Origin: a candidate division FCPU426 bacterium
GTDB lineage: Bacteria > Oederibacteriota > Muellerivitia > Muellerivitales > Muellerivitaceae
Assembly (NCBI GenBank): GCA_963771075.1
Contig: CAVYSE010000011.1
Coordinates: 141,508-205,507, forward strand
Direction: 5' to 3'
DNA: 64,000 nt
The notes under the pieces are model-generated. The model ran no database searches and was not told the DNA's origin. It worked only from the letters and a program-made list of their open reading frames with translations. The position numbers and the translations under genes were made by a program. This document shows, piece after piece, positions 26,815-36,393 of the stretch (position 1 is its first letter; every line of letters starts with the position of its first letter).

Positions 26815-28926
26815 TTAGTGTTTTTTAAGAATCTCGACAGCACAGACTTTAGCGTTTTGGACCTTCGTCTTAAATACGATACGGATATTTCCCAGGCCTT
26901 CGGGACGAATATGATCAAAGGTCTTCTCAATCCCGTGGTTCATAGTCCCTGCTTCCTTGAGGATGTCGAAATCCTTTAATACAATGTTACCGTTGATCTG
27001 GACGTCGAAGATCCTTTCACCCGGCTTTTTCACATAGGCCTCGGCGAATAAAAGGCGCACCTGGTATTCACCCGGCTGAACGGGCAAGACATAGCTGAAA
27101 TCCGATCCCCAGCGTTCGGTCTGGTAAAGCTGGGAGTCTTTGTCGGCCGTCACCTGCGGTTCTGCCTCGACAGTTGTTCCGTCGAAAAAGCCTTGGTCCT
27201 TCGCCCAGTGATTTCCTGACGAATCCGTGAAATCCGTTCCTCCCGCCCGGATTCGCCATACCTCCTGGGCCGGCATGGGCGTGGGGGTGGGTCGGGGCGA
27301 CAAGACGAGGGGAGCCGGAGCTTCGCCCGGTTTCATCTCGAACCATTCGTAATCCGCCCAATTTTGCGATTCTTTTCCGTTCGCGGTTGCATAAAGGCCG
27401 ATAACCGTTCCCGTGAAACCGCCCGCCCTTTCCTTCGTCAGGTCCGCTGAGTCTGAGGCCGCCAAGGTTTCCCAGGTCTTTCCGTCGCTGGACCAAGCGA
27501 ACTGATACTGGCTTTCCTGCCCGGAGATTTCCAGGTACACCTTGCCCCCTGCGAAGGGTTTGCGAATGACTATCGCGCTGTAGGCCTTGACCCTGTTTCT
27601 CACGATGATTTCTGACTCCCCATCCTGGCGACTCACGGCGATCTCGTAATGGTTGTCGTCGTTCGAGCGCACTATCAGGCCCGCTTCCTCCCCATCCTGG
27701 CTTGGCATGAATTCCATCGAACAACGGGCGGTGACCTTGAAATCGGGCTGTCTTTGGCCCGTAAAGGCGGGTTCATTCATTTTGTCGTCGAGGGAGGCTA
27801 TCCCGGCGTGGAGGCTCAAGCAACCCTTGCGGCGGGTAAGGGAAATGTCCCGGGGGTCGATGTTTCGAACGTGTATCCATTCGGGCCCGAGTTTGTCCTT
27901 GACGAACAAGGTCCTTGCCGGAAGTACGGGGAATGGGTGGGGTTTCAGGTTCGGGGCGGGCATCTCCAGCTTCACATGGTGATCGCCGTTCACCACCGGC
28001 CAGCCATCCTTCCAAATGACGGGGGCCAAGAAGGTTTCCCTTCCCAGGACGGAAATACCGGTTTGCGGTCTTACACCCAGGAAAACCGCCCACCAAGATC
28101 CGTCGGACGCTTCCACTAAGTCGGCGTGGCCCGTGCATTGGATGGGGCTAGAGGGCTCGTCCCTTTCGGTCAGAATGGGGTTGTAGGGGCAGGGTTCAAA
28201 GGGGCCCCATGGGGATGAAGACCTTCCGATCATTTCCATATGTTGGTTCCCGGTGCCGCCTTCGGCCAGCATGAGGTAGTACTTGCCTTTGATCTTGTAG
28301 AGGTGGGGGCCTTCGTTCCAGGATTCGGACAGGTCGTTGTAAATTTCCTTTTTGGGCAAGGCCAGCTTGCCGGTTTGGGGATCGAACTCGGACTGCTTGA
28401 TCCCCGCCTTCTCGCCACCGCCTTGCTGGGTGAAATAGGCCTTCCCATCGTCGTCGAAAAACATGGAACCGTCGATATCGTGGTCGTCCATCCAGAGGGG
28501 TTCCGACCAGGGACCGGCTGGGTCCTTGGCCGTAACGATGAAATTGCCGTCCCCGCTCACATTGGTGCAGGCCAGGTAGAAAGTCCCTTTCCAGAAACGG
28601 ATGGTGGGGGCGTAAAGACCACCGTAATCCGTGGCGCCCTTCAGGGGCAATTGGCTGGGGCGGTTAAGGGCATTGCCGATGAGATCCCAATGGACCAAGT
28701 CCCGGCTGTGGTAGATAGGAAGGCCGGGAAAATACTCGAAGGTGGAATTCACAAGGTAGAAGTCTTTGCCGTTCCGGCAGATGCTGGGGTCGGGATGAAA
28801 GCCCGTCAAAACGGGATTGCGATAGTAATCCATTGGTTTCTCCGCGTTGGAAGGTGAGATCCCCGCCCCGAATGTTAGGGCGGCCACGACTAGAATAAGG
28901 CCATAACGAAGAGCGGGTTGGGTCAT
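26815..28926 (-). CDS. Secreted glycoside hydrolase family 43 (beta-xylosidase/arabinofuranosidase-like) with a C-terminal beta-sandwich and a malectin-like (CBM57) module
   Basis: Signal peptide, then GH43 five-bladed propeller motifs (GFHPDPSI..., catalytic D/E positions). The C-terminal LYQTERWGSDFSYVLPVQPGEYQVRLLFAEAYV...GERIFDVQINGNIVLKDFDILKEAG...VCAVEI matches the malectin pattern. Confidence 0.8.
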   Translation of the reverse strand: MTQPALRYGLILVVAALTFGAGISPSNAEKPMDYYRNPVLTGFHPDPSICRNGKDFYLVNSTFEYFPGLPIYHSRDLVHWDLIGNALNRPSQLPLKGATDYGGLYAPTIRFWKGTFYLACTNVSGDGNFIVTAKDPAGPWSEPLWMDDHDIDGSMFFDDDGKAYFTQQGGGEKAGIKQSEFDPQTGKLALPKKEIYNDLSESWNEGPHLYKIKGKYYLMLAEGGTGNQHMEMIGRSSSPWGPFEPCPYNPILTERDEPSSPIQCTGHADLVEASDGSWWAVFLGVRPQTGISVLGRETFLAPVIWKDGWPVVNGDHHVKLEMPAPNLKPHPFPVLPARTLFVKDKLGPEWIHVRNIDPRDISLTRRKGCLSLHAGIASLDDKMNEPAFTGQRQPDFKVTARCSMEFMPSQDGEEAGLIVRSNDDNHYEIAVSRQDGESEIIVRNRVKAYSAIVIRKPFAGGKVYLEISGQESQYQFAWSSDGKTWETLAASDSADLTKERAGGFTGTVIGLYATANGKESQNWADYEWFEMKPGEAPAPLVLSPRPTPTPMPAQEVWRIRAGGTDFTDSSGNHWAKDQGFFDGTTVEAEPQVTADKDSQLYQTERWGSDFSYVLPVQPGEYQVRLLFAEAYVKKPGERIFDVQINGNIVLKDFDILKEAGTMNHGIEKTFDHIRPEGLGNIRIVFKTKVQNAKVCAVEILKKH

Positions 28927-29192
28927 TTATTGCTCCTTTTGGTTCATCATAACAAATAAGGAGAAGACTCGAATCCGCTTTAGCATGACTGAATTTTTCA
29001 TGTCACCTAACAAACCGGTGCAAGGATGATTCCTGCGGATAATACGAAATGAAAAGGTAAAACGGGAAACCGAAAAGACATTGGAAAACTAGAGCAAAAA
29101 AATCACCTGCCGTTAATAATGTCCGGGATAAATTTGGGGAAGTTTTTCAAGCGGGGAGAAAATCCGATATTTTTTCGCACGGGAGATTTTGG

Positions 29193-29741
29193 GTGAGAAA
29201 AACATTTTTGGTTTTGGGCTTATCGGCGCTTTTATTGACACCCCTGCTTTTTGTTAATTCAAGGATTTGCTTAGAAAAGAAGGGGATCAACACGAGTTTT
29301 GCTGACTCCGGCCTCTCATGTGGGTTCACTCCGGTACCCGTGAAACCTTCGCCCGGGTCGCTTCCTTCCTATACGAATCCGGCCAACCAAGCCTTGCTGA
29401 CCTCCGCGACGCCCCAAGCACAATCCGCTTTCAAACCCGGGCCCTTCATGGGAGAAACCCGAGCCTTGCGGACCATCGGAGACTGGCGCCTTTACTATTT
29501 CAATGAAATCCCACCGGTCGATTTTGATAACTACATGGTCCTGCAGGCCTACCTGCCGGTGGCTTGCCCGCCCTCCTTGTCCGTCACGGCCATTTGCGAG
29601 GGTCAGGACACCATTCAAGTTTCGTTGGTCGCAACCCTGCAAAGGGGAAACGATTGTCAGGATATTCGATACGATTGGGTTTCGGAGGCGGTGACGCTTT
29701 CCGACAAACCGGTCACCTGGCAGATCGTGGCGACCCGGTAG
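29193..29741 (+). CDS. Hypothetical secreted protein (signal peptide, several Cys)
   Basis: N-terminal MRKTFLVLGLSALLLTPLLFV signal. No recognisable family. Confidence 0.45.
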   Translation: MRKTFLVLGLSALLLTPLLFVNSRICLEKKGINTSFADSGLSCGFTPVPVKPSPGSLPSYTNPANQALLTSATPQAQSAFKPGPFMGETRALRTIGDWRLYYFNEIPPVDFDNYMVLQAYLPVACPPSLSVTAICEGQDTIQVSLVATLQRGNDCQDIRYDWVSEAVTLSDKPVTWQIVATR

Positions 29742-29765
29742 GTTCTACGATCGGTGGTTTTGAAA

Positions 29766-30809
29766 TCAGGGTTGCCGCTGGTTCTCCGACGATTCCTTCC
29801 ATAATTGCGCCAAGGCGCTGAAAAGACTCTTTCGGGTCGCTAACGGGTATATATTCCCCTCTGGCAATTCCTTCATGAGCTTTCTGTGGGCGGTACCAAG
29901 GTTGTGATAGGGCATGCCGGGGAAAAGATGATGGGTGGCGTGGAAGCGCAGGCCCACCGGGGCCCACAGGGGCGTAGTGAAAAAATTTCCAGGGATGTCA
30001 ATGGAATCCAAAAACTGCTCCGAGAATTTCATTTCGCGATCCGGCTGGTTGCGGTAGCAATGGGCCACCAGGGTGCGCAGACCGTTGGTAAATAGGATAA
30101 AGACCGCCGCCAGGTACCAAAGCAACAAAACTTTCCAGGGCCAAATTCCCGCGATCATGAGCGCCAACCCTGTCGCGGCGTAAGCGAAGGTCATGAATTC
30201 CTGGGCCCACCAGATATATTTTTCTCGGCCCACGGGTGGAGGACGCTTATAACCCAGGTCCACCGCCAGGGAAGAAGCCAGCTCCCAAAGGGGTTTTCGA
30301 AGGGGCTGAATGACATAGGAAAGGGGGGTGAAGATGGAAAAGCGGATTAAGAAGAGCGCCGGGGCCAGGGTCATGGTGAACAAAAAGAGCGGGATTCGGT
30401 AGGGTTTGGAGATGGCGAAGGGGAAGTATTCCTTGTCGTTGCGAGTGCCGTAATAGCTTTGCTTGTGGTGGTCGATATGGACTCCCATATAAAGTTCGGA
30501 AGGCACCATTAGGGGAAAACCGCATAAAAGGTTCCAAACGGTATGAAAAGCCTGGAAGGTCCCTTTCTTAAGGTGGGTTAGCTCGTGAACGAAAATGACC
30601 GCTCGGTAGAGGGAAATTCCCGCCAGTAATAGGGCCCCGATTTGTAGTGGAGAAAAGTTGGGTTGACGCACGGCGAAAATAAAAGATACCCACCCCAAGA
30701 GGTCGTTGAATAGAAAGTCGGTCCAATAGATCACCGGGTTGGCGTCGAATAGGTCCTTACAAATTTTCTTGGCCTCGGCCATCGGAAACTCAGCGTTATA
30801 GGGTTTCAT
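29766..30809 (-). CDS. Membrane fatty-acid desaturase family protein
   Basis: Three His boxes (HELTH, HIDHH, HATHHLFP) and TM helices. RBS AAGAGGTG lies 4 nt before ATG 30809. The track ORF extends to 30896. Confidence 0.8.
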   Translation of the reverse strand: MKPYNAEFPMAEAKKICKDLFDANPVIYWTDFLFNDLLGWVSFIFAVRQPNFSPLQIGALLLAGISLYRAVIFVHELTHLKKGTFQAFHTVWNLLCGFPLMVPSELYMGVHIDHHKQSYYGTRNDKEYFPFAISKPYRIPLFLFTMTLAPALFLIRFSIFTPLSYVIQPLRKPLWELASSLAVDLGYKRPPPVGREKYIWWAQEFMTFAYAATGLALMIAGIWPWKVLLLWYLAAVFILFTNGLRTLVAHCYRNQPDREMKFSEQFLDSIDIPGNFFTTPLWAPVGLRFHATHHLFPGMPYHNLGTAHRKLMKELPEGNIYPLATRKSLFSALAQLWKESSENQRQP

Positions 30810-30943
30810 GAAACACCTCTTTTTGGGGTGACGAATTTTTACATTCCCGGGATTAAAAATCCAATGCGACTGCTCGAATTTTTGAATAGTTTCCAAAAGT
30901 ATCTGGAAGAGCGATTGTCGAGGAAATTATATTTTTTACGCAT

Positions 30944-30970
30944 TGAATTCCCAAGTATGGGTCTATAATC
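30944..30970 (+). promoter_or_regulatory. Candidate sigma-70 promoter for the cox operon (TTGAAT-N15-TATAAT)
   Basis: Consensus-like -35 and -10 hexamers lie 83 nt upstream of coxB. The spacer is short (15-16 nt). Confidence 0.3.
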
Positions 30971-31052
30971 TACAGCCAACTTTACCAGACCGGCGGAAAA
31001 GTCTTTATTTAGGACTTATTTCGCAAGTTATTTAGGGGAGGGCTTCCGCCGT

Positions 31053-31841
31053 ATGGGCTTGTTTCCAAGATTGTTTTTGATTTCTCTCTTCTGTGCCAAT
31101 CGGGTATTTGCCGATACTGCTCCCTGGTTTCCCAAAAACATATCAGCGGATGGGGACCGGATCGACAACCTGGTCATATTCTCCTTTTGGGTGACCGGAA
31201 CCTTCTTTGCCATTGTCGTTCTAGCCTTGATCCTCTTTCCTCTTTTCTACCGGTCCCGTCCCGGGCACAAGGCTTTTTATACCCACGGTACGGGATTGTT
31301 CGAACGGATTGTCACCTTCGCCCTGGCTGCGACCGTTTTCGGCGTGATCGACCTGAACGTGATCCACCGTTCCAACGAGGATTACGACGTTCTTTACGGT
31401 AAGCAATACGACCGGGCACAGGCCTTGCGCGTGGAGGTTCAGGGCCGCCAGTTCGAGTGGCGCATCCGTTATTCCATCGACAACAAAACCTTCGGGACAG
31501 TCCAGGACATCACCACCTTAAACCAACTCCATATCCCGGTAAACCGGCCGGTGTTCGTACAGGTCACGTCCGGAGATGTCATCCATAGCTTTTACCTTCC
31601 GAACCTCCGTATCCGACAAGACGCCATGCCGGGCCTAGTGACCCAGGTGGCCTTTGAGGCCAAGGAAAAAGGCCAGTTCACCCTCGCCTGTTCCGAGCTT
31701 TGCGGCCTGGGCCATTACCGGATGAAGGGTTACTTGACAGTGGAGGATGAGGCGGATTTTGATAAGTTTTTAGCCGATGCCGCCAAGGACCGGGACCCCG
31801 ATCCCGCCAACAATTGGGGTTGGGCATGGGAGGAGAGATAA
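31053..31841 (+). CDS. coxB: Cytochrome c oxidase subunit II (CuA-binding)
   Basis: Two N-terminal TM helices. CuA ligands are present in DVIHSF...CSELCGLGHYRM. Confidence 0.85.
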   Translation: MGLFPRLFLISLFCANRVFADTAPWFPKNISADGDRIDNLVIFSFWVTGTFFAIVVLALILFPLFYRSRPGHKAFYTHGTGLFERIVTFALAATVFGVIDLNVIHRSNEDYDVLYGKQYDRAQALRVEVQGRQFEWRIRYSIDNKTFGTVQDITTLNQLHIPVNRPVFVQVTSGDVIHSFYLPNLRIRQDAMPGLVTQVAFEAKEKGQFTLACSELCGLGHYRMKGYLTVEDEADFDKFLADAAKDRDPDPANNWGWAWEER

Positions 31842-31842
31842 C

Positions 31843-33564
31843 ATGAGCGATCACGCGCATTCCGAACCGACTTCCTTTTGGACGAAGTATATTTTCTCGC
31901 TGGACCACAAGGTCATTGGCCGGCAGTTCCTTTTTTACGGGTTGTTCTTCCTCCTGACCGGCGGCATTATGGCCTACCTGATCCGTTGGCAAGTCGCCAA
32001 CCCCTGGACCCCCGCGCCGGTCTTCGGACCGCTGCTGTTCCCCAACTCGGGCGGGGCGGCTACTCCCGAGATCTACACCACCCTGATCACCCTGCACGGG
32101 ACCATCATGATCTTCTTCGCCATCACTCCGATCGCCATCGGGGCACTGGGCAATTTTCTGATCCCGCTCCAGATCGGGGCGAGGGATATGGCCTTCCCCA
32201 TCCTCAACATGCTTTCCTTTTGGCTGATGCCCATCGCCGGCGTACTTTTGATGATGTCCTACTTCGGTGAACAGACGGCCTCCGCCGGCTGGACGGGCTA
32301 TCCCCCTTTGAGTTCCGCCACCTATACGCCCGGCGCCGGTGAAACCCTCTGGGCCCTGGCGGTGGTGATCCTGGGAACTTCCTCCATCATGGGGGGGATC
32401 AATTACGTCACCACTTGCATTAATTTAAGGGCGAAGGGGATGACGATCTGGAAACTTCCCCTTTCGGTCTGGGGGCTCTTCCTCACCGCCGTCCTTAACC
32501 TGGCCTTCGTACCGGTCATCGCGGTGGGTTTGATCATGTTGATCTTCGACCGTACCTGCGGCACCCACTTTTTCACCGGGGTGGCCATCAATCCGGCCCA
32601 AGCCGGCCAGCCTCTTTTATACCAGCATATTTTCTGGGCCTTCGGGCATCCCGAAGTTTACATCCTGATCCTTCCCATCTGGGGCGTGGTGTCGGACGTT
32701 TTGGCGGTGTTCGCGCGAAAGCCGGCTTTCGGTTACAAGCTAACGGCCCTCTCCATGTTCGTCATCACCTGCCTAAGCACGGTGGTCTGGGGCCATCACA
32801 TGTTCATATCCGGCATGAGCCCGGCCATGGGCAAAGCCTTCCAGTCCCTAACCATGCTGATTTCGATCCCCTCTTCCATTTTCTTCTTCAATTGGCTCGC
32901 GACCCTCTGGCGGGGAAACCTGCAATTCAAAACACCCATGCTTTTCGCGATGGGGGTCATTTTCGTATTCGCAATCGGCGGGTTAACAGGGATCCTTTTG
33001 GCTTCCCGCACCATGGATATTTATTTCCACGGGACCTATTTCGTGGTGGCCCACTTCCACTACACGATGGCCATGTCGGTATTCCTGGGTTCCTTCTGCG
33101 CCATCTATTTCTGGTTCCCGAAAATGTTCGGGAGGATGATGAACGAGATTTTGGGGAAATTGCATTTCTGGATCACTTTTGTTTCGGTCAATGTGGTGTT
33201 CCTGGTTATGTTCCGGGTCGGGATGGCGGGCCTGATGCGACGGGTGGCGGACCCCTATGCCTACGAAGTGTTCAAACCCCTGCAGCCCTTGAACCAGATC
33301 ATCACCTACGGGGTCATGGTGATGGGTACGGCCCAATTGATCTTTATTTTCAATTTCTTTTTCAGCATGTTCTTCGGCAAGAAGGCCGAGGATAACCCCT
33401 GGCATGCCGCCACATTGGAATGGACGGTCCCGTCGCCGCCCCCCCACGCGAATTTCGGGGAGGAACTGCCTGTCGTGATCAATGGACCCCATGAGTACGG
33501 CAACCCAGCCGTGAAAGGAAAGGATTTCCTGCTGCAAACAGAACCCGTGCCCGACGCGGGCTAA
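31843..33564 (+). CDS. coxA: Cytochrome c oxidase subunit I (heme-copper oxidase catalytic subunit)
   Basis: 12-TM heme-copper oxidase with conserved His ligands (WAFGHPEVYILILP, HHMF..., VVAHFHY). RBS GGGAGGAGAG precedes ATG 31843, right after the coxB stop. Confidence 0.9.
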   Translation: MSDHAHSEPTSFWTKYIFSLDHKVIGRQFLFYGLFFLLTGGIMAYLIRWQVANPWTPAPVFGPLLFPNSGGAATPEIYTTLITLHGTIMIFFAITPIAIGALGNFLIPLQIGARDMAFPILNMLSFWLMPIAGVLLMMSYFGEQTASAGWTGYPPLSSATYTPGAGETLWALAVVILGTSSIMGGINYVTTCINLRAKGMTIWKLPLSVWGLFLTAVLNLAFVPVIAVGLIMLIFDRTCGTHFFTGVAINPAQAGQPLLYQHIFWAFGHPEVYILILPIWGVVSDVLAVFARKPAFGYKLTALSMFVITCLSTVVWGHHMFISGMSPAMGKAFQSLTMLISIPSSIFFFNWLATLWRGNLQFKTPMLFAMGVIFVFAIGGLTGILLASRTMDIYFHGTYFVVAHFHYTMAMSVFLGSFCAIYFWFPKMFGRMMNEILGKLHFWITFVSVNVVFLVMFRVGMAGLMRRVADPYAYEVFKPLQPLNQIITYGVMVMGTAQLIFIFNFFFSMFFGKKAEDNPWHAATLEWTVPSPPPHANFGEELPVVINGPHEYGNPAVKGKDFLLQTEPVPDAG

Positions 33565-33579
33565 AGACAAAGGCTTTTT

Positions 33580-33664
33580 CCACGAAGTTCACAACGGGCA
33601 CAAAGTAAAAAAATTATTTTGATAAAGCCAAGCATTTACTTTGTGGTCTTTGTGTACTTCGTGG
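33580..33664. repeat. Long imperfect inverted repeat (30-nt arms, 26/30 complementary, 25-nt loop) between coxA and coxC
   Basis: The left arm CCACGAAGTTCACAACGGGCACAAAGTAAA (33580-33609) is complementary to TTTACTTTGTGGTCTTTGTGTACTTCGTGG (33635-33664). Confidence 0.6.
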
Positions 33665-33690
33665 TGAGAAATGTTTTTTAAGGAGAAACA

Positions 33691-34275
33691 ATGAGTTCTG
33701 AAGCAATAAACGAAGAATCCTACACCGGATTTCCCACCGCCCGCATGGGCATGCTGATCTTTTTGATCTCTGAAAGCATGATGTTCGTAACGCTCATCTC
33801 GGGGTATCTGGTGCTTCGCGCCAGTCAAACCGCTTGGCCTCCTGCCAACCAACCCCATTTGAACGTGCTCTTGACCGGCATCAACACTTTTTTCCTGATC
33901 TCCTCCAGCGTAACCTTCCATTTTGCCGAGGTTTATTTTCGCAAAAGCCAAAAAGGAAAGTTCCTGGCCTGGCTTGGAGCGACCATCCTTCTGGGAACGA
34001 CCTTCCTGACCATCCAGGCCTTCGAGTACAGCCGGCTCATGTTCGGGACTTTGAGCCTTTCTTCCTCTACCTACGGTTCGGTTTTCTTCTCCCTGACGGG
34101 GTTTCACGGGCTTCACGTGTTCGTCGGAATATGCCTCCTCAGCCTTATTTTTTGGCGTTTGTCAGCGAACAAGCTTTCCAAAACGGACCACCACTTGGTG
34201 GATAACATCGGGCTTTACTGGCACTTCGTGGACGGGGTATGGATCGTTCTCTTTTCCGTGCTTTACCTTTGGTGA
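33691..34275 (+). CDS. coxC: Cytochrome c oxidase subunit III
   Basis: Conserved ...GFHGLHVFVGICLL...LYWHFVDGVWIVLF motifs and 5 TM helices. RBS AGGAG lies 5 nt upstream. Confidence 0.85.
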   Translation: MSSEAINEESYTGFPTARMGMLIFLISESMMFVTLISGYLVLRASQTAWPPANQPHLNVLLTGINTFFLISSSVTFHFAEVYFRKSQKGKFLAWLGATILLGTTFLTIQAFEYSRLMFGTLSLSSSTYGSVFFSLTGFHGLHVFVGICLLSLIFWRLSANKLSKTDHHLVDNIGLYWHFVDGVWIVLFSVLYLW

Positions 34276-34309
34276 GAAGCTTTTCCATGGATAGGGTTAT
34301 AATTTAAAG

Positions 34310-34603
34310 ATGATCACCAATCGAAAACATCCGAACCTTTTTTTTGATCATCCTCGAAAACTCAAGGGTTTAATCCTTATTCCATTTTGGGTCTGTTTAG
34401 TCCTGGCTTCGCCGTCGGCCCTTCAAGCTTGTCCTTTTTGCGCGGAAGCGGTCCGAAGGATTAACAACGGCCAACTGTTGGACAGCTATGTGGTGGCGTA
34501 CGTGATATTGGCTTTTATGCCGCTGGTCCTCATCGGCCTCTTTGCTTTGACCCTTTTCCGGTTCCACCGCCGGAAAATCGCAGGACAAACCCCTCGCCAT
34601 TAA
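34310..34603 (+). CDS. Small membrane protein with a CPFC motif (possible oxidase-associated subunit or assembly factor)
   Basis: Signal/TM segment, then ALQACPFCAEAV, then a second TM helix. Lies immediately downstream of coxC. Confidence 0.4.
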   Translation: MITNRKHPNLFFDHPRKLKGLILIPFWVCLVLASPSALQACPFCAEAVRRINNGQLLDSYVVAYVILAFMPLVLIGLFALTLFRFHRRKIAGQTPRH

Positions 34604-35127
34604 TCTTGTGGCGGGTGGAGGGTTCCGTCCTCGACCTCATGGAAATCTTCGAGTGTAAAGGTCAACAACCGGGTAAGTTGTTCCTTTTCTTTTTCACCCA
34701 ACACCCTTTCCACCTCGGGGTAGAAGATTCGGTCTTCCCGGATTGAATGGTGTTCCAAATATTTCTTGAAATGGGCCTCATCGTCAAAGAGAGAAATGAT
34801 TTCCTTCCAATTGGAGTCGCTTCGGCTCAGGCGGGACGCCCGAAGGTTTATCCGGTTAAGCCACTCCGTGATCTTTAAATGTTCCCCCGAGAAAATTTCC
34901 GCGTCTCCACCCCGGATTTGGGCGGCCCTTTGGCGGTAAAGGGGTAGCAAGATCTCATCCTCCTCTTTCATATGTTGCAAGAGTGCTTTTTCAAAAGACA
35001 TCAGCATGCTCCGGGAACGGGTAAAATCTCCCTTCAACATGGCGACTTGGTGCTCGAAAAAGAGCTGGTCCAATTCATGATGAAGCTTGTTCATGTCCTG
35101 GATGGATTTGGCGGGGTGGATTGGCAT
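34600..35127 (-). CDS. Hemerythrin HHE-domain protein
   Basis: His/Glu-rich helical repeats are present (HHELDQLFFEH..., HMKEEDEILLPLY, EHLKITEWL, YLEHHSIREDRIFYPE). ATG 35127 has AAGGA upstream. The track ORF extends to 35217. Confidence 0.6.
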   Translation of the reverse strand: MPIHPAKSIQDMNKLHHELDQLFFEHQVAMLKGDFTRSRSMLMSFEKALLQHMKEEDEILLPLYRQRAAQIRGGDAEIFSGEHLKITEWLNRINLRASRLSRSDSNWKEIISLFDDEAHFKKYLEHHSIREDRIFYPEVERVLGEKEKEQLTRLLTFTLEDFHEVEDGTLHPPQD

Positions 35128-35131
35128 GTAT

Positions 35132-35410
35132 TTAGTCCTTGCGGGTCCGATGACGGGCCTTAATCCCAGTGGCTTTTTGTTTTTTTCTCGGGCTGGCAGC
35201 GGGAACAGCCTTGCCATGTTTTATAGGCCGACTGGAAATTTCTAAGGGCTTGGATTTCTCCAGTAAAACAGACTCGGAGTAAGCGAAGACGACTTTCCCG
35301 CGCAGGATGCATCCCTTCATACCGGGATGGCATGTGGTTTTCACTCTTTGGCATTGGTAATCCCCCGTTTGATGGGGACAGGACCAACCGGACATGAGGA
35401 ATCCTTTCAC
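35132..35410 (-). CDS. Hypothetical small Cys-rich protein (C-x9-C-x6-C-x6-C)
   Basis: The ORF fits exactly between the hemerythrin-like and VIT1 genes on the same strand. No homology recognised. Confidence 0.3.
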   Translation of the reverse strand: MKGFLMSGWSCPHQTGDYQCQRVKTTCHPGMKGCILRGKVVFAYSESVLLEKSKPLEISSRPIKHGKAVPAASPRKKQKATGIKARHRTRKD

Positions 35411-35461
35411 TTTATTCAGGAGAATTGTAGATTTAACTGCGAAAGGGAAGTATGAGCCAGC

Positions 35462-36172
35462 TCAACCCTTGACGAGGTGGGCCAAAGTAAAGGCTGCAAG
35501 GGCGGCCAAAAGACCCGTCAGGGTCACCGTGAAGGCACCCCGTAATGGCGGTTGGCTTGTCAAACGGGCTTTCCAATAACCGAAAAGTAGCAGACAAACC
35601 ACGGTAAGGAGGAAGGAATAGGCGAGCCCCTGGAGGGGGGTCGAGGTAAAAAGATAGGCTGAGAGAGGAACCAATCCGCCCACCGCATAGGAAAGTCCGA
35701 TCCTCAAGGCGCTGGCATAGGCCTGTTTTGGGTCGGGTTTTTCCAGCCCCAATTCGAAGCGCATCATGAAGTCTACCCAAAGGTCCGGATTCTTGGAAAG
35801 GTCCAAGGCCACCTGATCCTGGGTTTCGCGGGTGATGCCGTAGTGACCCAGCAACTGCCTAATTTCCTCTTTTTCTTCCTGAGGAATTTCCCGGATTTCC
35901 ATCTCCTCCCGCTTTAATTCCCCCTCGTAATGCTCGATTTCGGTTTTACCCGCTAAAAACCCTCCCAGTCCCATGGAAATGGTTCCGGCGATGATTTCCA
36001 CGACGCCCGCTAAAAGGATAAGGGAATTATAAGTGGCAAAACCAGATAAGCCCGCGGCCAGGGCGAATGGTACGGTCAAGCCGTCTGACAATCCAACGAC
36101 CAGGTCTCGGAGAGCCTGGCTGGAACCGGAGTGTGTTTCATGATGGCCGTGATGGGGAATGGGTGTGGGCAT
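35462..36172 (-). CDS. VIT1/CCC1-family iron/manganese transporter
   Basis: Conserved DGLTVPFALAAGLSG and the EIEHY.GELKREEMEIRE.P..E..E cytoplasmic metal-binding helix, plus C-terminal TM helices. ATG 36172 (MPTPIPHH...) is preferred over the upstream TTG. Confidence 0.75.
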   Translation of the reverse strand: MPTPIPHHGHHETHSGSSQALRDLVVGLSDGLTVPFALAAGLSGFATYNSLILLAGVVEIIAGTISMGLGGFLAGKTEIEHYEGELKREEMEIREIPQEEKEEIRQLLGHYGITRETQDQVALDLSKNPDLWVDFMMRFELGLEKPDPKQAYASALRIGLSYAVGGLVPLSAYLFTSTPLQGLAYSFLLTVVCLLLFGYWKARLTSQPPLRGAFTVTLTGLLAALAAFTLAHLVKG

Positions 36173-36289
36173 ATGGTTTATTTCGCTGGGTGGGAGTCTA
36201 ATGGGTCGTGCAAAGAGGAGCAAGTCAGGGGATTATTTTTTAGGCTTTTTCCGCCCTTGGCGCTAAACTTTCATGGAAATAGGCGTAAA

Positions 36290-36307
36290 TTATGACAAGT
36301 GTCATAA
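36290..36307. promoter_or_regulatory. Palindromic motif site TTATGAC-aagt-GTCATAA (perfect) with an extra half-site TTGTCATAA at 36316-36324
   Basis: Lies in the divergent region between VIT1 (minus) and the histidine kinase (plus). Confidence 0.55.
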
Positions 36308-36393
36308 CGCGAGAATTGTCATAAGCGTTATACAACTTCAAAGCATTCGACAGATATTAAAACACAATCTAAAAACGGGGAGAACGATTCTTA

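Noticed and set aside
28240-28857. 205-aa plus-strand ORF
   Set aside because: It is antisense to the GH43 catalytic domain.
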